Positions 19,083-32,767 of a stretch of DNA of 64,000 bases are shown here, in pieces. Under the pieces are notes generated by a model, which did not search any database, had not been told where the DNA came from, and saw only the letters and a program-made list of their open reading frames with translations. The stretch is from Alphaproteobacteria bacterium (GTDB lineage Bacteria > Pseudomonadota > Alphaproteobacteria > Rs-D84): assembly GCA_024402715.1 (NCBI GenBank), contig JAKSTF010000002.1, positions 14,230 to 78,229 of the forward strand, in the 5' to 3' direction. Positions within the stretch are counted from its first letter, which is position 1. Each line of letters starts with the position of its first letter. The position numbers were made by a program, and so were the translations under genes.

Positions 19083-20345
19083 CTATGGACATAATGCCAA
19101 TTGATTTAGTACATTTTGAACATCGGTGTTTACCGATACGGTAATTTCACGTTGTAAACCATCGGTATATGTATAGTAAAATTTTTGATTTTTAAATTCA
19201 GGTACTGTTTGATACACATATTTAAATGGCGCTAACATCGCTTGAAACCATTGACGACCACGACATAAACAGCCATTGCGGACATCTGCTGCGACTGCCG
19301 CAGTGGCTGTATTTGGATAATTTTTATCCAATTCATCATCTGTCATCATTAAACAGCGTGAACCAAAACCATAAAAGTTTGCATCATCAGACATGAATTT
19401 GTATATTAAATCAGGTTTTGCCCCCGCGGTGCGTAATGAATAAACCATACCGTCTGTGCAACATGCCTGTGCGGAATTCATTAACATTTTGTATCGTTCC
19501 AACAGTGGAGCGGATACAGGGGCATCTGCACGTAATTTTGAATTACACTTTGCCTTTGTTATAAATTCATTCATATTGTCGTCGCGAATTTTGGGACTGC
19601 GTGGGGATACTGTTTCACGAATAATTGGTTTGCGACGCCATATTTCGCATTCTGTTTCTGTTTCAAACGGACAACCATCGCTTGGTGCACCAAATGCATT
19701 TTTGATTACCGTGCTCATATCTTGGGCAACGTATTCTGGACGTGGTGCCGGTATAGTGATACGTTGACTAAACAATGGTTTTGAATTCGATTCGATGATT
19801 TTATCAGTTGTCCATAGACTATTTTTTGGGCGTGATGGATTTAATAAGTCTTCAACCCGTGCACGTGTTTCGGCTGCACTGTCCATTGTGTCGGCATACA
19901 TGTCTGTAATGGCAACGTTATTTGTTACGTTTGTATCGCGTAAATACAATTCGTCCATTGGTTGCAAAAACCAATCAGAAAAATCTTTATCCGTATATGA
20001 CGATATTGAATCGTCCCACAATGGTACACCATCACGCCAATCAACCGTTTTGTCGAACGCACGTGGTTTGTATACCCCAGTTGTGCCGTCCCATATGGGT
20101 GGACGATTATCTGATGGAACAGGTTTAATGGATAATAATTTTACCTGGTGCATCTGATTGGGATTTGAATGAAATGAAATTTGTGGTTGTGATGAATGGT
20201 GTGACGCACCCGATATTTGTTCGGAATCATCAAATGTATCAAACCATGTTGGAACACAATCAGGACCAATGCATTCGGATGCATTTGCATAGGAAATGTG
20301 AAATACACATAAAAGTGACGAAATAATTGCAATTTTGTTTTTCAT
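19083..20345 (-). CDS. hypothetical secreted Cys-rich protein (different family from A/B/C)
   Basis: 420 aa with signal peptide MKNKIAIISSLLCVFHISYANA. The Trp/Asp-rich N-terminal half and the C-terminal half carry 14 Cys (CIGPDC, CPFETETEC, QACCTDG, NGCLCRG, terminal LALCP). Confidence 0.7.
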   Translation of the reverse strand: MKNKIAIISSLLCVFHISYANASECIGPDCVPTWFDTFDDSEQISGASHHSSQPQISFHSNPNQMHQVKLLSIKPVPSDNRPPIWDGTTGVYKPRAFDKTVDWRDGVPLWDDSISSYTDKDFSDWFLQPMDELYLRDTNVTNNVAITDMYADTMDSAAETRARVEDLLNPSRPKNSLWTTDKIIESNSKPLFSQRITIPAPRPEYVAQDMSTVIKNAFGAPSDGCPFETETECEIWRRKPIIRETVSPRSPKIRDDNMNEFITKAKCNSKLRADAPVSAPLLERYKMLMNSAQACCTDGMVYSLRTAGAKPDLIYKFMSDDANFYGFGSRCLMMTDDELDKNYPNTATAAVAADVRNGCLCRGRQWFQAMLAPFKYVYQTVPEFKNQKFYYTYTDGLQREITVSVNTDVQNVLNQLALCP

Positions 20346-20486
20346 GTCTTGAATAATATCACAAAAAGCAATGTATTTGTAATAACAATTTTAATAAATG
20401 TTATTTTTTGTTGATTACATTATTTTTATGTTTAATGCTGATTATCAGCAATTTTTTAGGAATTAAAACCCAAAGGAGGAAACTTT

Positions 20487-21386
20487 ATGAAGTTGCTATT
20501 AATTGGTGGGTTTGTTGGAGGTTTGACTGTTTTTCCTGTTTATGCCAAATATGATGACATATATGGTGGAAAAATATATGGTGAACAATACGATTTTGAA
20601 ATTGATTCGGATATTGAAACAGGTGAAAGCCCTTTTCAGGGCTTGCAATTCGGAACAGGAATATCCGGCACCAGTGGCATAAATATGTTTTTGGGGTATG
20701 CAAATAAAGATTTGCCGTCATTTTGGTTGAAACGTATTGGATTAAGATTTGATTTTGCAACAACGATCCCCGTAAAAACGACAATTAATAATGAAATAAA
20801 AAGAGCAATTGATGCGGATGGCATAGAATATGATGGCGGTTTGTTCGTTAATAACATAGGGATTTCGGCTAAACATACGGCGGCAATGATAGATTTTTAC
20901 CCGTTTGGAAACATGTGGTTTTTTGGTGGATGGCGTATAACGGGTGGATATTACAGTGGAAATTTAAAGGTAAATGCCGATTTAACGGGTGGTGGCGATT
21001 GTTTTTCCGATTCGGAAATTGAATTTGAATTATCAGAAAAAGAATATAAATATATTGGCGATGGTGTTATTGGAATTGCAAAGGCAAATTGGAAATACCG
21101 TGGACCATATTTGGGAACAGGGATTGATGTTGGTATTTTTGCTGGACTTAAAATATATATAGATGCGGGTGTTGTGTTCACAAATAAGACTGCTATGTTA
21201 AATTTTGATATTCCGGCGGTGGGGTTGCAAAAATGGGATGGGTATAGTTGGGTTGATGTTGACAGTGATACTTTGCGGGCGGAATTGGATGAAGATATCG
21301 CGGATGCGCTGGCAGATACACAATCTGATTTGGATAAAATTAACTTTTTCCCAATAGTAAAGGTTGGTTTTATGTACAGATTTTAA
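20487..21386 (+). CDS. putative outer-membrane beta-barrel protein
   Basis: Signal peptide ending VYA, alternating amphipathic Gly/aromatic-rich strands, and a C-terminal FMYRF typical of an OMP terminal strand. AAGGAGG SD. Confidence 0.6.
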   Translation: MKLLLIGGFVGGLTVFPVYAKYDDIYGGKIYGEQYDFEIDSDIETGESPFQGLQFGTGISGTSGINMFLGYANKDLPSFWLKRIGLRFDFATTIPVKTTINNEIKRAIDADGIEYDGGLFVNNIGISAKHTAAMIDFYPFGNMWFFGGWRITGGYYSGNLKVNADLTGGGDCFSDSEIEFELSEKEYKYIGDGVIGIAKANWKYRGPYLGTGIDVGIFAGLKIYIDAGVVFTNKTAMLNFDIPAVGLQKWDGYSWVDVDSDTLRAELDEDIADALADTQSDLDKINFFPIVKVGFMYRF

Positions 21387-21409
21387 TAAGAGACGATAAA
21401 AAATATTCA

Positions 21410-21435
21410 CGGTGTCCGATTCGACACCGTTTTTT
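21410..21435 (+). terminator. rho-independent terminator
   Basis: cggtgtc-cgattc-gacaccg followed by T6. Confidence 0.75.
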
Positions 21436-21628
21436 GTTGTTAAAATCAATAGGAATAATAGAAAAATGATACAACCGAATCTGTTTTTGTGTAAAAACCG
21501 AATCAGAAAGTTAAAAAAAGTTGAAAAAAATAAAAAAAATTACAAAAATAAAATGGCGGATTTCTGGGATATTTTCCTGTTATTTTTAATCATTTGAAAA
21601 AATATTAAAATTATTTTTGAAAAAGCGC

Positions 21629-21657
21629 TTGACTTTTTCGAAGTTTAAACACATACT
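21629..21657 (+). promoter_or_regulatory. candidate rRNA operon promoter
   Basis: TTGACT (21629-21634), 17-nt spacer, CATACT (21652-21657). Preceded by a very A/T-rich UP-like tract, about 360 nt upstream of the 16S. Confidence 0.5.
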
Positions 21658-21820
21658 ATGCAGGCTTTCAAGTTAAGAACGAACGAAAAAAAGAAAGTTC
21701 CTAACCTCTGAGATAAGGCGGTTTACAGAATGTCAAGAATGGTTCTGATAAAACGCAACATTGTGAATAAAAGCAGCTCATCAAAAGATTTTTGATGCAA
21801 ATCAAGAATCTGTTCAAGAA

Positions 21821-21848
21821 GAGATATGCAGACAGTTGAATTTGGTAT
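21821..21848 (+). promoter_or_regulatory. 5' strand of the 16S rRNA processing stem
   Basis: gagatatgcagacagttgaatttgg is complementary (7+8+4 bp blocks) to 23541-23569 (caaatccaaagcgactgtctgaatatctc) downstream of the 16S. Confidence 0.7.
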
Positions 21849-22017
21849 ATCCAAACTTTGACTAAGTCAATGTGCATATCTTAGACAGGTAGTAGGTTCA
21901 AATTAAGTTTGTGAACCTCGTTAAAAACTTGTCTTGCGAATAATTAATTATGTAAAGACGAACTGATATATTAGTCAGCTTTGTTTGTATGCACGGGACT
22001 TAAACCCAAGTTTTTTA

Positions 22018-23513
<1,496 letters not shown>

Positions 23514-23634
23514 ATAGAGAATACCGTTACACGAAACGGTCAAATCCAAAGCGACTGTCTGAATATCTCTTTTTGATTGGCAATTCTGGTATCAGCGGAA
23601 CTATGTCATTGTTTTTATGAAATCAGAAAATAAT

Positions 23635-23711
23635 GGGTCAGTAGTTCAGTTGGTTAGAATGTCGCTCTGATACAGCGAAGGTCGAAGATTCGAGTTCTTC
23701 CTGACCCACCA
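23635..23711 (+). tRNA. tRNA-Ile (anticodon GAU) in the 16S-23S spacer
   Basis: Perfect 7-bp acceptor GGGUCAG/CUGACCC, anticodon loop CUGAUAC, T-loop UUCGAGU, encoded CCA. Confidence 0.95.
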
Positions 23712-24008
23712 TATTTTTTTTGATGAGGTTGGAATCAGAAATGATTTTTCATTTTTGATTCCAGATGTTTCAGTAATATCTTCGGAATCTGCTTTTATGC
23801 AATATATTGTTAATCGGTTTATATGTCGCAAATCAAGATTTATAGAAATATAAGTTTGATTTGTTGAACATCGTAATCTCAAAAATCTTTCTAAAAAGAG
23901 TAATCACGAAAGTGGTAATTCAATTTAAGAAAAGCAAGAATCAACTTAAATGCTTAAAAAACTCATTAAGTGTTCTTTTTGTTGTTTGAAGACATTCTCT
24001 TCAAGCAT

Positions 24009-26765
<2,757 letters not shown>

Positions 26766-26847
26766 CGTTTGATTTTTCAAACGAATGCTTGAAGAGAACG
26801 TTGACAATTGATTCTGAAAGTTGTATTATGATGTTCGCTGGATTTAT

Positions 26848-26961
26848 TCTGGTGATTATTGAGCGGGAGTCACCCTCTGTTCCATTCCGAACCAGACAGG
26901 GAAACCCCGTATCGCCGATGGTACTTTGGCTTAAGCCACGGAAGAGTAGGTCGTCGCCAGA
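26848..26961 (+). rRNA. rrf: 5S ribosomal RNA
   Basis: ctggtga...ccattccgaaccagacagggaaac...gatggtactttgg...tcgccag with a terminal helix I. Confidence 0.9.
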
Positions 26962-26998
26962 GTAAATCCAGTTTGTTGGATATATAAACCGAGTTTAT

Positions 26999-27020
26999 AC
27001 CGCCCTTGTGGCGGTTTTTT
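26999..27020 (+). terminator. rRNA operon terminator
   Basis: accgcc-cttgt-ggcggt followed by T6. Confidence 0.75.
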
Positions 27021-27074
27021 GCTGGAATTTTTGTGAAGTGAGAATGTAGCAATTAATTAAAAGATGGAAAAAAC

Positions 27075-27722
27075 ATGAAAGAACAGCATATTGTTAATAT
27101 TTTATCTGATGTTTTAAGGGTGTTGTGTTGCGTTAATACAACGGTTCGTATTGGAAAAATATGGACGAAATTATATTCAAAAGACGGTGATTTATATCGT
27201 TTGACATCAGAAGGTCAATACTGGCCAAATTTAGATATAAAAAATAAAGAAAATTACAATATACCATTTTCAACAATTGGTAATACCGGATATGGTTCAA
27301 TGTTTATGAATGGATCTAATGCAGTTAATTGGGATTTGGGTGGTGGTATATATGTTCAACGTGATAAATTTGAAATGGTATATATTATACATACGCCAAA
27401 TGGTCAATGTAAAGACACCGATTTGACCAAAGAATTACGTGCAGATTTTCATATAATTATGTCTGCAATTATTGCAAAAACACCTGTCAATTGTTTCGGA
27501 ATGGAATGGAACAGGTTAAAAAAACGTAATAATTATACAATGGGCTTGCAAAACAAGACATTGAAAATGGTTGCATATGAAATATTAAATGATAATCGCA
27601 TACATCGTCGCAGAAAACACAGCAAATATAAAATTGCAAAAAATAATCTTAATAGTTTGGGGATAAAAGAAACGCCGCGCTTGGATGCGTTGATTGCGCA
27701 GATGAAATCAAAAAACAAATAA
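27075..27722 (+). CDS. hypothetical protein, related to 28529..29431
   Basis: 215 aa. N-terminus HIVNILSDVLRVL and C-terminus LGIKETPRLDALIAQMKSK match motifs in the 28529 ORF. No known domain recognised. Confidence 0.55.
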   Translation: MKEQHIVNILSDVLRVLCCVNTTVRIGKIWTKLYSKDGDLYRLTSEGQYWPNLDIKNKENYNIPFSTIGNTGYGSMFMNGSNAVNWDLGGGIYVQRDKFEMVYIIHTPNGQCKDTDLTKELRADFHIIMSAIIAKTPVNCFGMEWNRLKKRNNYTMGLQNKTLKMVAYEILNDNRIHRRRKHSKYKIAKNNLNSLGIKETPRLDALIAQMKSKNK

Positions 27723-28178
27723 TTTGTTTTTGTCTTTTTTGTATTGCTGCCCCCTTTGGAATGGGGGTAGGCTTATTGTATACTTTTGAATACGATTGCA
27801 TTAACCCATCCTGTCAAATTCTGTACATTTGAGTACAAAACGTTTATATGTTATTCTTTGTTGTTTTGTGTTTATTACATGCGGAAATCATTTACAATAC
27901 TAAAAAATTGTATAATTTTGGTTTGTTCAGAACGTTTTTGACAGAATTTGAACAAACGTTTTGTTATTTTATTGGTGTAGATTCTGATGAAACCACCAAA
28001 AATTTTAAAAATTACGTCCTGTAAAAAATATTTGGCGATATGTATTCTTTTATATGCTTAATTCCAGTAATTTACAGACGTTTTTAATTAAAAAATCTAC
28101 CTTTCATAAAGGTATAGATAAAAATTGACATTAAATATTTTTGTGTTAATTTAAATATGCTTGATAAAGGAATTTAAA

Positions 28179-28469
28179 ATGAAAAAAGTATTTGGTTTGT
28201 TTATATTGTGTATCTTACCGTCTGTGGTTGATGCTGAATATATTCGTAAAACCGGTGATGGGGTATATGAATTTTATGTTGACGATTGCTCGATTGATTC
28301 GATGAAACAGGCATTGGATTGGGCAACAGTTGCGCAACGTGCAATGATTACAACGGTTAAATGTGAATATAAACCGCATTTTGATTATTCGGTTATTACA
28401 CTTGTTGATGAATACATTTTGTATGAAAAAAAATACACAATTATTAATCAAAAGCAGTTGATAAAATAA
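28179..28469 (+). CDS. small hypothetical secreted protein
   Basis: Signal peptide MKKVFGLFILCILPSVVDA from the ATG at 28179. Confidence 0.5.
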   Translation: MKKVFGLFILCILPSVVDAEYIRKTGDGVYEFYVDDCSIDSMKQALDWATVAQRAMITTVKCEYKPHFDYSVITLVDEYILYEKKYTIINQKQLIK

Positions 28470-28528
28470 TGTATTTGTAGTATATTTCTGTAGAAGTTGT
28501 GTGATGGTTGGAATAGGAGATTATTAGA

Positions 28529-29431
28529 ATGTATTTTCATACGGATAAGCAGATTTTATTATTTAATGATGTTATACATGCATTGTTAAATAAAAATGTT
28601 CGTGTACATGAAACGAAGATTGCTGGTGTAAAAAATAGCAAGATATTTGAATTGGATAAAGGAAAAATCTCAGTTGGATATTCTGATCATAGATATTTTA
28701 TTAACACCCCCGCTGGCCAAGATTTTTTTGAATGGCTTGATCCTAATTTTTTTGGAATATGGCAAGCCGCAGAGCTTAAAACAAAAAAGTCGGACAGAAT
28801 TAGAAATGTGTTGTTAAATTTTTTTGATGATGCCTCTTTAAAAAATATTGTTAGTGAATGTACGGATAAAAAATATTTAAAAATGGTGGCAGAAGAAAGT
28901 AGAGATAAATTTACGAATGTGCAAATTTTAGTGTTGTCGGATGTTATTCGTTCGTTAACGGATGAAAATGCTAAGGCTCGTTATGAAAAGATAGATGGCC
29001 GAGTACCTAAACATATAGATAATTATTTGTCAGGTACGCTTGTGTGGTCTGCAATTAATTTAGATGGTGGAATATCGATAAAAATTATTCCAGACCACAA
29101 AATTCTTATAAGAACCCAAAGTGGTGAAGCGATATTTGATCGTAAAAATAGAGATTTGAATATGTATATTTTGAATGCAATAGGTCGAAAAATAGCGTTG
29201 TGTCATGGTAATAGTATAAGTGTAAATAAAGATTATCTATCTGTTTTGTCCGACAATTTACGAGATGAAAGGTTGCGTAAAGTATTAGAAGAATGTTTGA
29301 CAAATAAAAAAAATTTATTTGATAAGTCGTCTGTTTTTAAAAAATCAATAGACAGGGTTGAAAGGTTAGGGGTATTAAAACATTCTCGTTTGGATGATAT
29401 GATTGATTATAAAAAAAATACTCGAATATAA
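28529..29431 (+). CDS. hypothetical protein with an internal two-fold duplication
   Basis: 300 aa. Residues about 8-120 and 131-262 repeat (QILLFNDVIHALL../QILVLSDVIRSLT.. and NVLLNFFDDASLKNIVSECTDKK/SVLSDNLRDERLRKVLEECLTNKK). GGAG SD. Confidence 0.6.
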   Translation: MYFHTDKQILLFNDVIHALLNKNVRVHETKIAGVKNSKIFELDKGKISVGYSDHRYFINTPAGQDFFEWLDPNFFGIWQAAELKTKKSDRIRNVLLNFFDDASLKNIVSECTDKKYLKMVAEESRDKFTNVQILVLSDVIRSLTDENAKARYEKIDGRVPKHIDNYLSGTLVWSAINLDGGISIKIIPDHKILIRTQSGEAIFDRKNRDLNMYILNAIGRKIALCHGNSISVNKDYLSVLSDNLRDERLRKVLEECLTNKKNLFDKSSVFKKSIDRVERLGVLKHSRLDDMIDYKKNTRI

Positions 29432-29525
29432 AAGATTAAAAACGCCATTAGTTTGGCTTTTTAATTTGTTGACATAATATGTATTTTATTCTGCAAATGG
29501 TAATATGCCGGGTTGTGGTTAATTT

Positions 29526-30017
29526 TTATATGTGTACACCTAAAAAATATTGAGCAAATTGCCCGATAAAAAATGCAATTATGGAAATCCCCACGCATAC
29601 AAACAGCATTTCAATAAATCTTGGTAAAAATTTTGTGTGATTTAATTTTGACGCCCAAATATTAAAGAATGTTATAATAAGCACGGCCATTATAAATGTT
29701 GATAATGTTGCAAAAAGTCGGTTGTATATAAATATAAATGGTAATATTAGTAATAGACATGTTGTAAAATATGCTGCACCGGTATAAATGGCTGTGCGTA
29801 ATGCGTTAGGATTACGTTCGGCACGATGTGCTAAATAGTTTGATGCCCCCATTGATAAACTGGCGGTAACAGATGCAATTATGCATGTTAATACAATTTC
29901 AATTCGTGATACAGATGTAAATGCCAAACCTATAATTAAGCCGGTTAATGATACAATGGCATCGTGCATTCCCAAAACCAGGGCACCTGTGCGATTAAAA
30001 TTTGGCGTTTGTGACAT
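29526..30017 (-). CDS. VIT1/CCC1-family membrane protein (putative Fe/Mn transporter)
   Basis: 163 aa with LVLGMHDAIVSLTGLIIGLA, matching the VIT-family GxxDGxxSxxxLxxG-type helix. Four to five TM segments. Confidence 0.6.
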   Translation of the reverse strand: MSQTPNFNRTGALVLGMHDAIVSLTGLIIGLAFTSVSRIEIVLTCIIASVTASLSMGASNYLAHRAERNPNALRTAIYTGAAYFTTCLLLILPFIFIYNRLFATLSTFIMAVLIITFFNIWASKLNHTKFLPRFIEMLFVCVGISIIAFFIGQFAQYFLGVHI

Positions 30018-30076
30018 AATATGTATTATTGCACAATTATTTGTGTTTACATTGGGATTTATGGCATAATTTTAAT

Positions 30077-30616
30077 ATGATTTTAACGCGTGATTTTTTT
30101 ATGGACGATTCAATTGATATGGCTAAAAGGTTATTGGGAACATATTTATGTCGTCGTATGCCAGATGGGATGGTTATTCGTGCAAAGATATGTGAGGTGG
30201 AATTGTATCATGAATCAGAACGTGGATGTCATGCATATGCTGGACGACAAACAACGGCAAATGAAGCGATGTTTTTAAAGGGGGGACATATATACGTATA
30301 TTTATGTTATGGAATGTATAATATGTTAAATGTTGTTGTGGGAAAATCTGGGGTTGCGGCCGCTGTTTTTATACGGGCATTGGAATACGATGGGTGTAGT
30401 GGGCCGGGAAAATTGACCCGTAAATTAAATATATCATGTCATGATAATAAATTAGATTTGTGTAATTTGGCTTCAAATATATGGATAGAAAACAGGGATA
30501 CAACACCTGAAATTGTACCTTTGAAACGAATTGGAATTGGTTTTGCGGGTTCTGATGCAGATTTATTGTGGCGATTTGTTATTAATAACAGTCTATATCT
30601 GTCGCGTCCAATATAA
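30077..30616 (+). CDS. mpg: DNA-3-methyladenine glycosylase (Mpg/AAG family)
   Basis: AKRLLGTYL...IRAKICEVELYHESERGCHAYAGRQTTANEAMFLKGGHIYVYLCYGMYNMLNVV matches the AAG family core. ATG at 30077. Confidence 0.85.
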   Translation: MILTRDFFMDDSIDMAKRLLGTYLCRRMPDGMVIRAKICEVELYHESERGCHAYAGRQTTANEAMFLKGGHIYVYLCYGMYNMLNVVVGKSGVAAAVFIRALEYDGCSGPGKLTRKLNISCHDNKLDLCNLASNIWIENRDTTPEIVPLKRIGIGFAGSDADLLWRFVINNSLYLSRPI

Positions 30617-31175
30617 CTGCACCCTGACGTGCGGTTGTAATTTTTCCGTTGTCATCCAATATAATGACTGTACTGGGGGCACCACCCATCGGTTGATATG
30701 CATTATCTATGACAAGTATATCTGGAAATTGTTTGCGAATGTCTGTGGCATTATTCAGTGGTTGCATGCCAGAAATATTGGCTGACGATGTGACCAAACA
30801 ATGTCCTGTAATAACGGCACATAAATCATGAAATGGTTTATAGTTTGGAACACGAACGCCCCCAAATATGCCGGTGTCATTTTCTGACACTGGGGTGCCA
30901 ATAGTTAATGCACCCGGCCAATATTTTTTTGCCAATTTAAATGCGTGCGGTGGAAAGTGCACCATATAAGGCATTATGTGTTCCAAACAATCCGACATAA
31001 CAATTAAGTGTTTATTTGTGGGCCGTTTTTTTGTTTTAAATAATGCATCTGCACCGGCCCTTGTTGGTAATGCCCCAAATCCCCAAACTGTATCTGTTGG
31101 AAAAGCAACGACCCCACCATTATTTAGATGGTTATTTAGTTTTGTAATAAATTCAGGAGTATATAAATTTAACAT
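30582..31175 (-). CDS. tsaC: L-threonylcarbamoyladenylate synthase (YrdC/TsaC family)
   Basis: VVAFPTDTVWGFGALP and KTKKRPTNKHLIVM motifs. The 3' end overlaps mpg convergently by 35 nt. Confidence 0.8.
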   Translation of the reverse strand: MLNLYTPEFITKLNNHLNNGGVVAFPTDTVWGFGALPTRAGADALFKTKKRPTNKHLIVMSDCLEHIMPYMVHFPPHAFKLAKKYWPGALTIGTPVSENDTGIFGGVRVPNYKPFHDLCAVITGHCLVTSSANISGMQPLNNATDIRKQFPDILVIDNAYQPMGGAPSTVIILDDNGKITTARQGAVILDATDIDCY

Positions 31176-31501
31176 GTTTTTTGATTAACTACATAGATAC
31201 TACAAGTGCTTATTAATTCTTTTGCTAATTTTTGGTCTAATAATTTTGATTTGCCGTTTATAAATAGATTGGCGGATAAAATTGGTGGAATACCATTTCT
31301 ATTGGCTGAGGTTTTGTATAAAATCTCCATACGGCATTTTTCAACCAATTTATTTGGCGTTGATATAGTTATGACTTCACGGGGGCCGTATTGGGAAGTG
31401 GTGACATAAGAATCCTTTAACATGTCGTTAATAATGTATTTGATAATATTTGGATTCATGTTTACATTTTGATTATGTTTGAAATTGTTTTCGTTGTTCA
31501 T
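31169..31501 (-). CDS. small hypothetical protein
   Basis: 110 aa from the ATG at complement 31501 (MNNENNFKHN...). The longer ORF-track start would overlap the upstream gene. Overlaps the tsaC start by 7 nt. Confidence 0.4.
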   Translation of the reverse strand: MNNENNFKHNQNVNMNPNIIKYIINDMLKDSYVTTSQYGPREVITISTPNKLVEKCRMEILYKTSANRNGIPPILSANLFINGKSKLLDQKLAKELISTCSIYVVNQKTC

Positions 31502-31529
31502 TTTTATAACCCTCGGATAGAGAATTTTG

Positions 31530-32090
31530 TTAAAAACTGTATGTGATGGCCAGACCAGCAAAATTAAATCCACGATTTGGATATGTAAAATTACCATTCG
31601 AAAAATGTATAGTAAATATTTCGCCGCGTAATGTGTTTGAAATATTTTTTCCAATAAAAAATTTTTCACCGAATACTAATCTACTGTCAACCCAACGATC
31701 ACGTTCATCACGCATATATGGCCCCATCCCTATCCCCATATACAGGTCGTGGTATTGTAATAGTGCCACGTCCCATGAAATACCAATTCCGAAAAATGAT
31801 AGACCGTGCCCACCATTATATCCAATGTTTTGGACCATGTTCAAATTTATTCGTGCATCCAACCGAAAGACTTGGGTTGGTTGACTGTATTGAACCAAAA
31901 ATAATGTCTGGGGTAAGAAATCCCACATGTTTGGTGCAAATAATTTGAATAATGTTCCGTCACCTGTACTTTGTGCCATATACATTGCGATACTGTTTTG
32001 AGTGTCGGGTGTAAACATAACATTTGCGTTTGATGTACCCGTCATAATCGCAGTAATTACACCTAAAAGTACGGAATGATATTTTGTCAT
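31530..32090 (-). CDS. PagL-like lipid A deacylase / acyloxyacyl hydrolase family outer membrane protein
   Basis: Signal peptide, small beta-barrel-like sequence, IHFSNGN (His-x-Ser-Asn catalytic motif as in PagL) and a terminal ITYSF. Confidence 0.55.
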   Translation of the reverse strand: MTKYHSVLLGVITAIMTGTSNANVMFTPDTQNSIAMYMAQSTGDGTLFKLFAPNMWDFLPQTLFLVQYSQPTQVFRLDARINLNMVQNIGYNGGHGLSFFGIGISWDVALLQYHDLYMGIGMGPYMRDERDRWVDSRLVFGEKFFIGKNISNTLRGEIFTIHFSNGNFTYPNRGFNFAGLAITYSF

Positions 32091-32186
32091 AAGATGAATT
32101 ATAACGATGAAATTTTTTATTGCAAAAATAAATTTGTTGACCAGGGCTGAATATATTCTTAGGATATGTGGAAAAAGGGGGATTAA

Positions 32187-32630
32187 ATGAAAAAAAATAT
32201 TGTTATTAGTGTGGTCTGTGTTATGGTAACAACGTCTGTAAATGCCGGTTGGTTTTCAAATTTGTTTAATAAAACCTCAGAACCGACTACATTGGCCCAA
32301 GCCTGTAATACGGACGAGATAACCACAATTTGTCCAGAAATTTTATTGGGACAGAAAACGATGCAAGAATGTTTAATGGAAAACGTATCAAAATTATCTG
32401 ATAAATGTGCTAAATTCGTCAAAAAAAGCGTAAAAACAAAGGTTGATAAGGTAAAATCAAATTTGACAACTGGACATGCAGCAATTACTGAGGCTGGAAC
32501 TGCAAAACAAGCAGAAATAGATGCAAAAATTCAAAATGTAAAAAAATCTGCCCAGGGGGTAAAAGCTGGTGTAAAACAGGTGTCAGACAGCGTTAAACAA
32601 ACAGGTGATGCATTAAAACCTTTGTTCTAG
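32187..32630 (+). CDS. secreted protein with one bacterial Cys-rich repeat and a Lys/Ala-rich tail
   Basis: Signal peptide, then ACNTDEITTICPEILLGQKTMQECLMENVSKLSDKCAKFV (C-x3-[DE]-x4-C-...-CL-x6-LS-x2-C pattern), then a K/A/V/Q-rich helical tail. Confidence 0.6.
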   Translation: MKKNIVISVVCVMVTTSVNAGWFSNLFNKTSEPTTLAQACNTDEITTICPEILLGQKTMQECLMENVSKLSDKCAKFVKKSVKTKVDKVKSNLTTGHAAITEAGTAKQAEIDAKIQNVKKSAQGVKAGVKQVSDSVKQTGDALKPLF

Positions 32631-32767
32631 TTAATTACCCGCATTTTATGCGGGTTTTCTTGTTTACAGATATTGTAAAAAATGGTATAATACCAACACA
32701 TGGGCGTATTGTTTTTTGTATTAAATTAATTGCAAAAGCATATTTAGCCCCCACAGGGAGAGTATTT

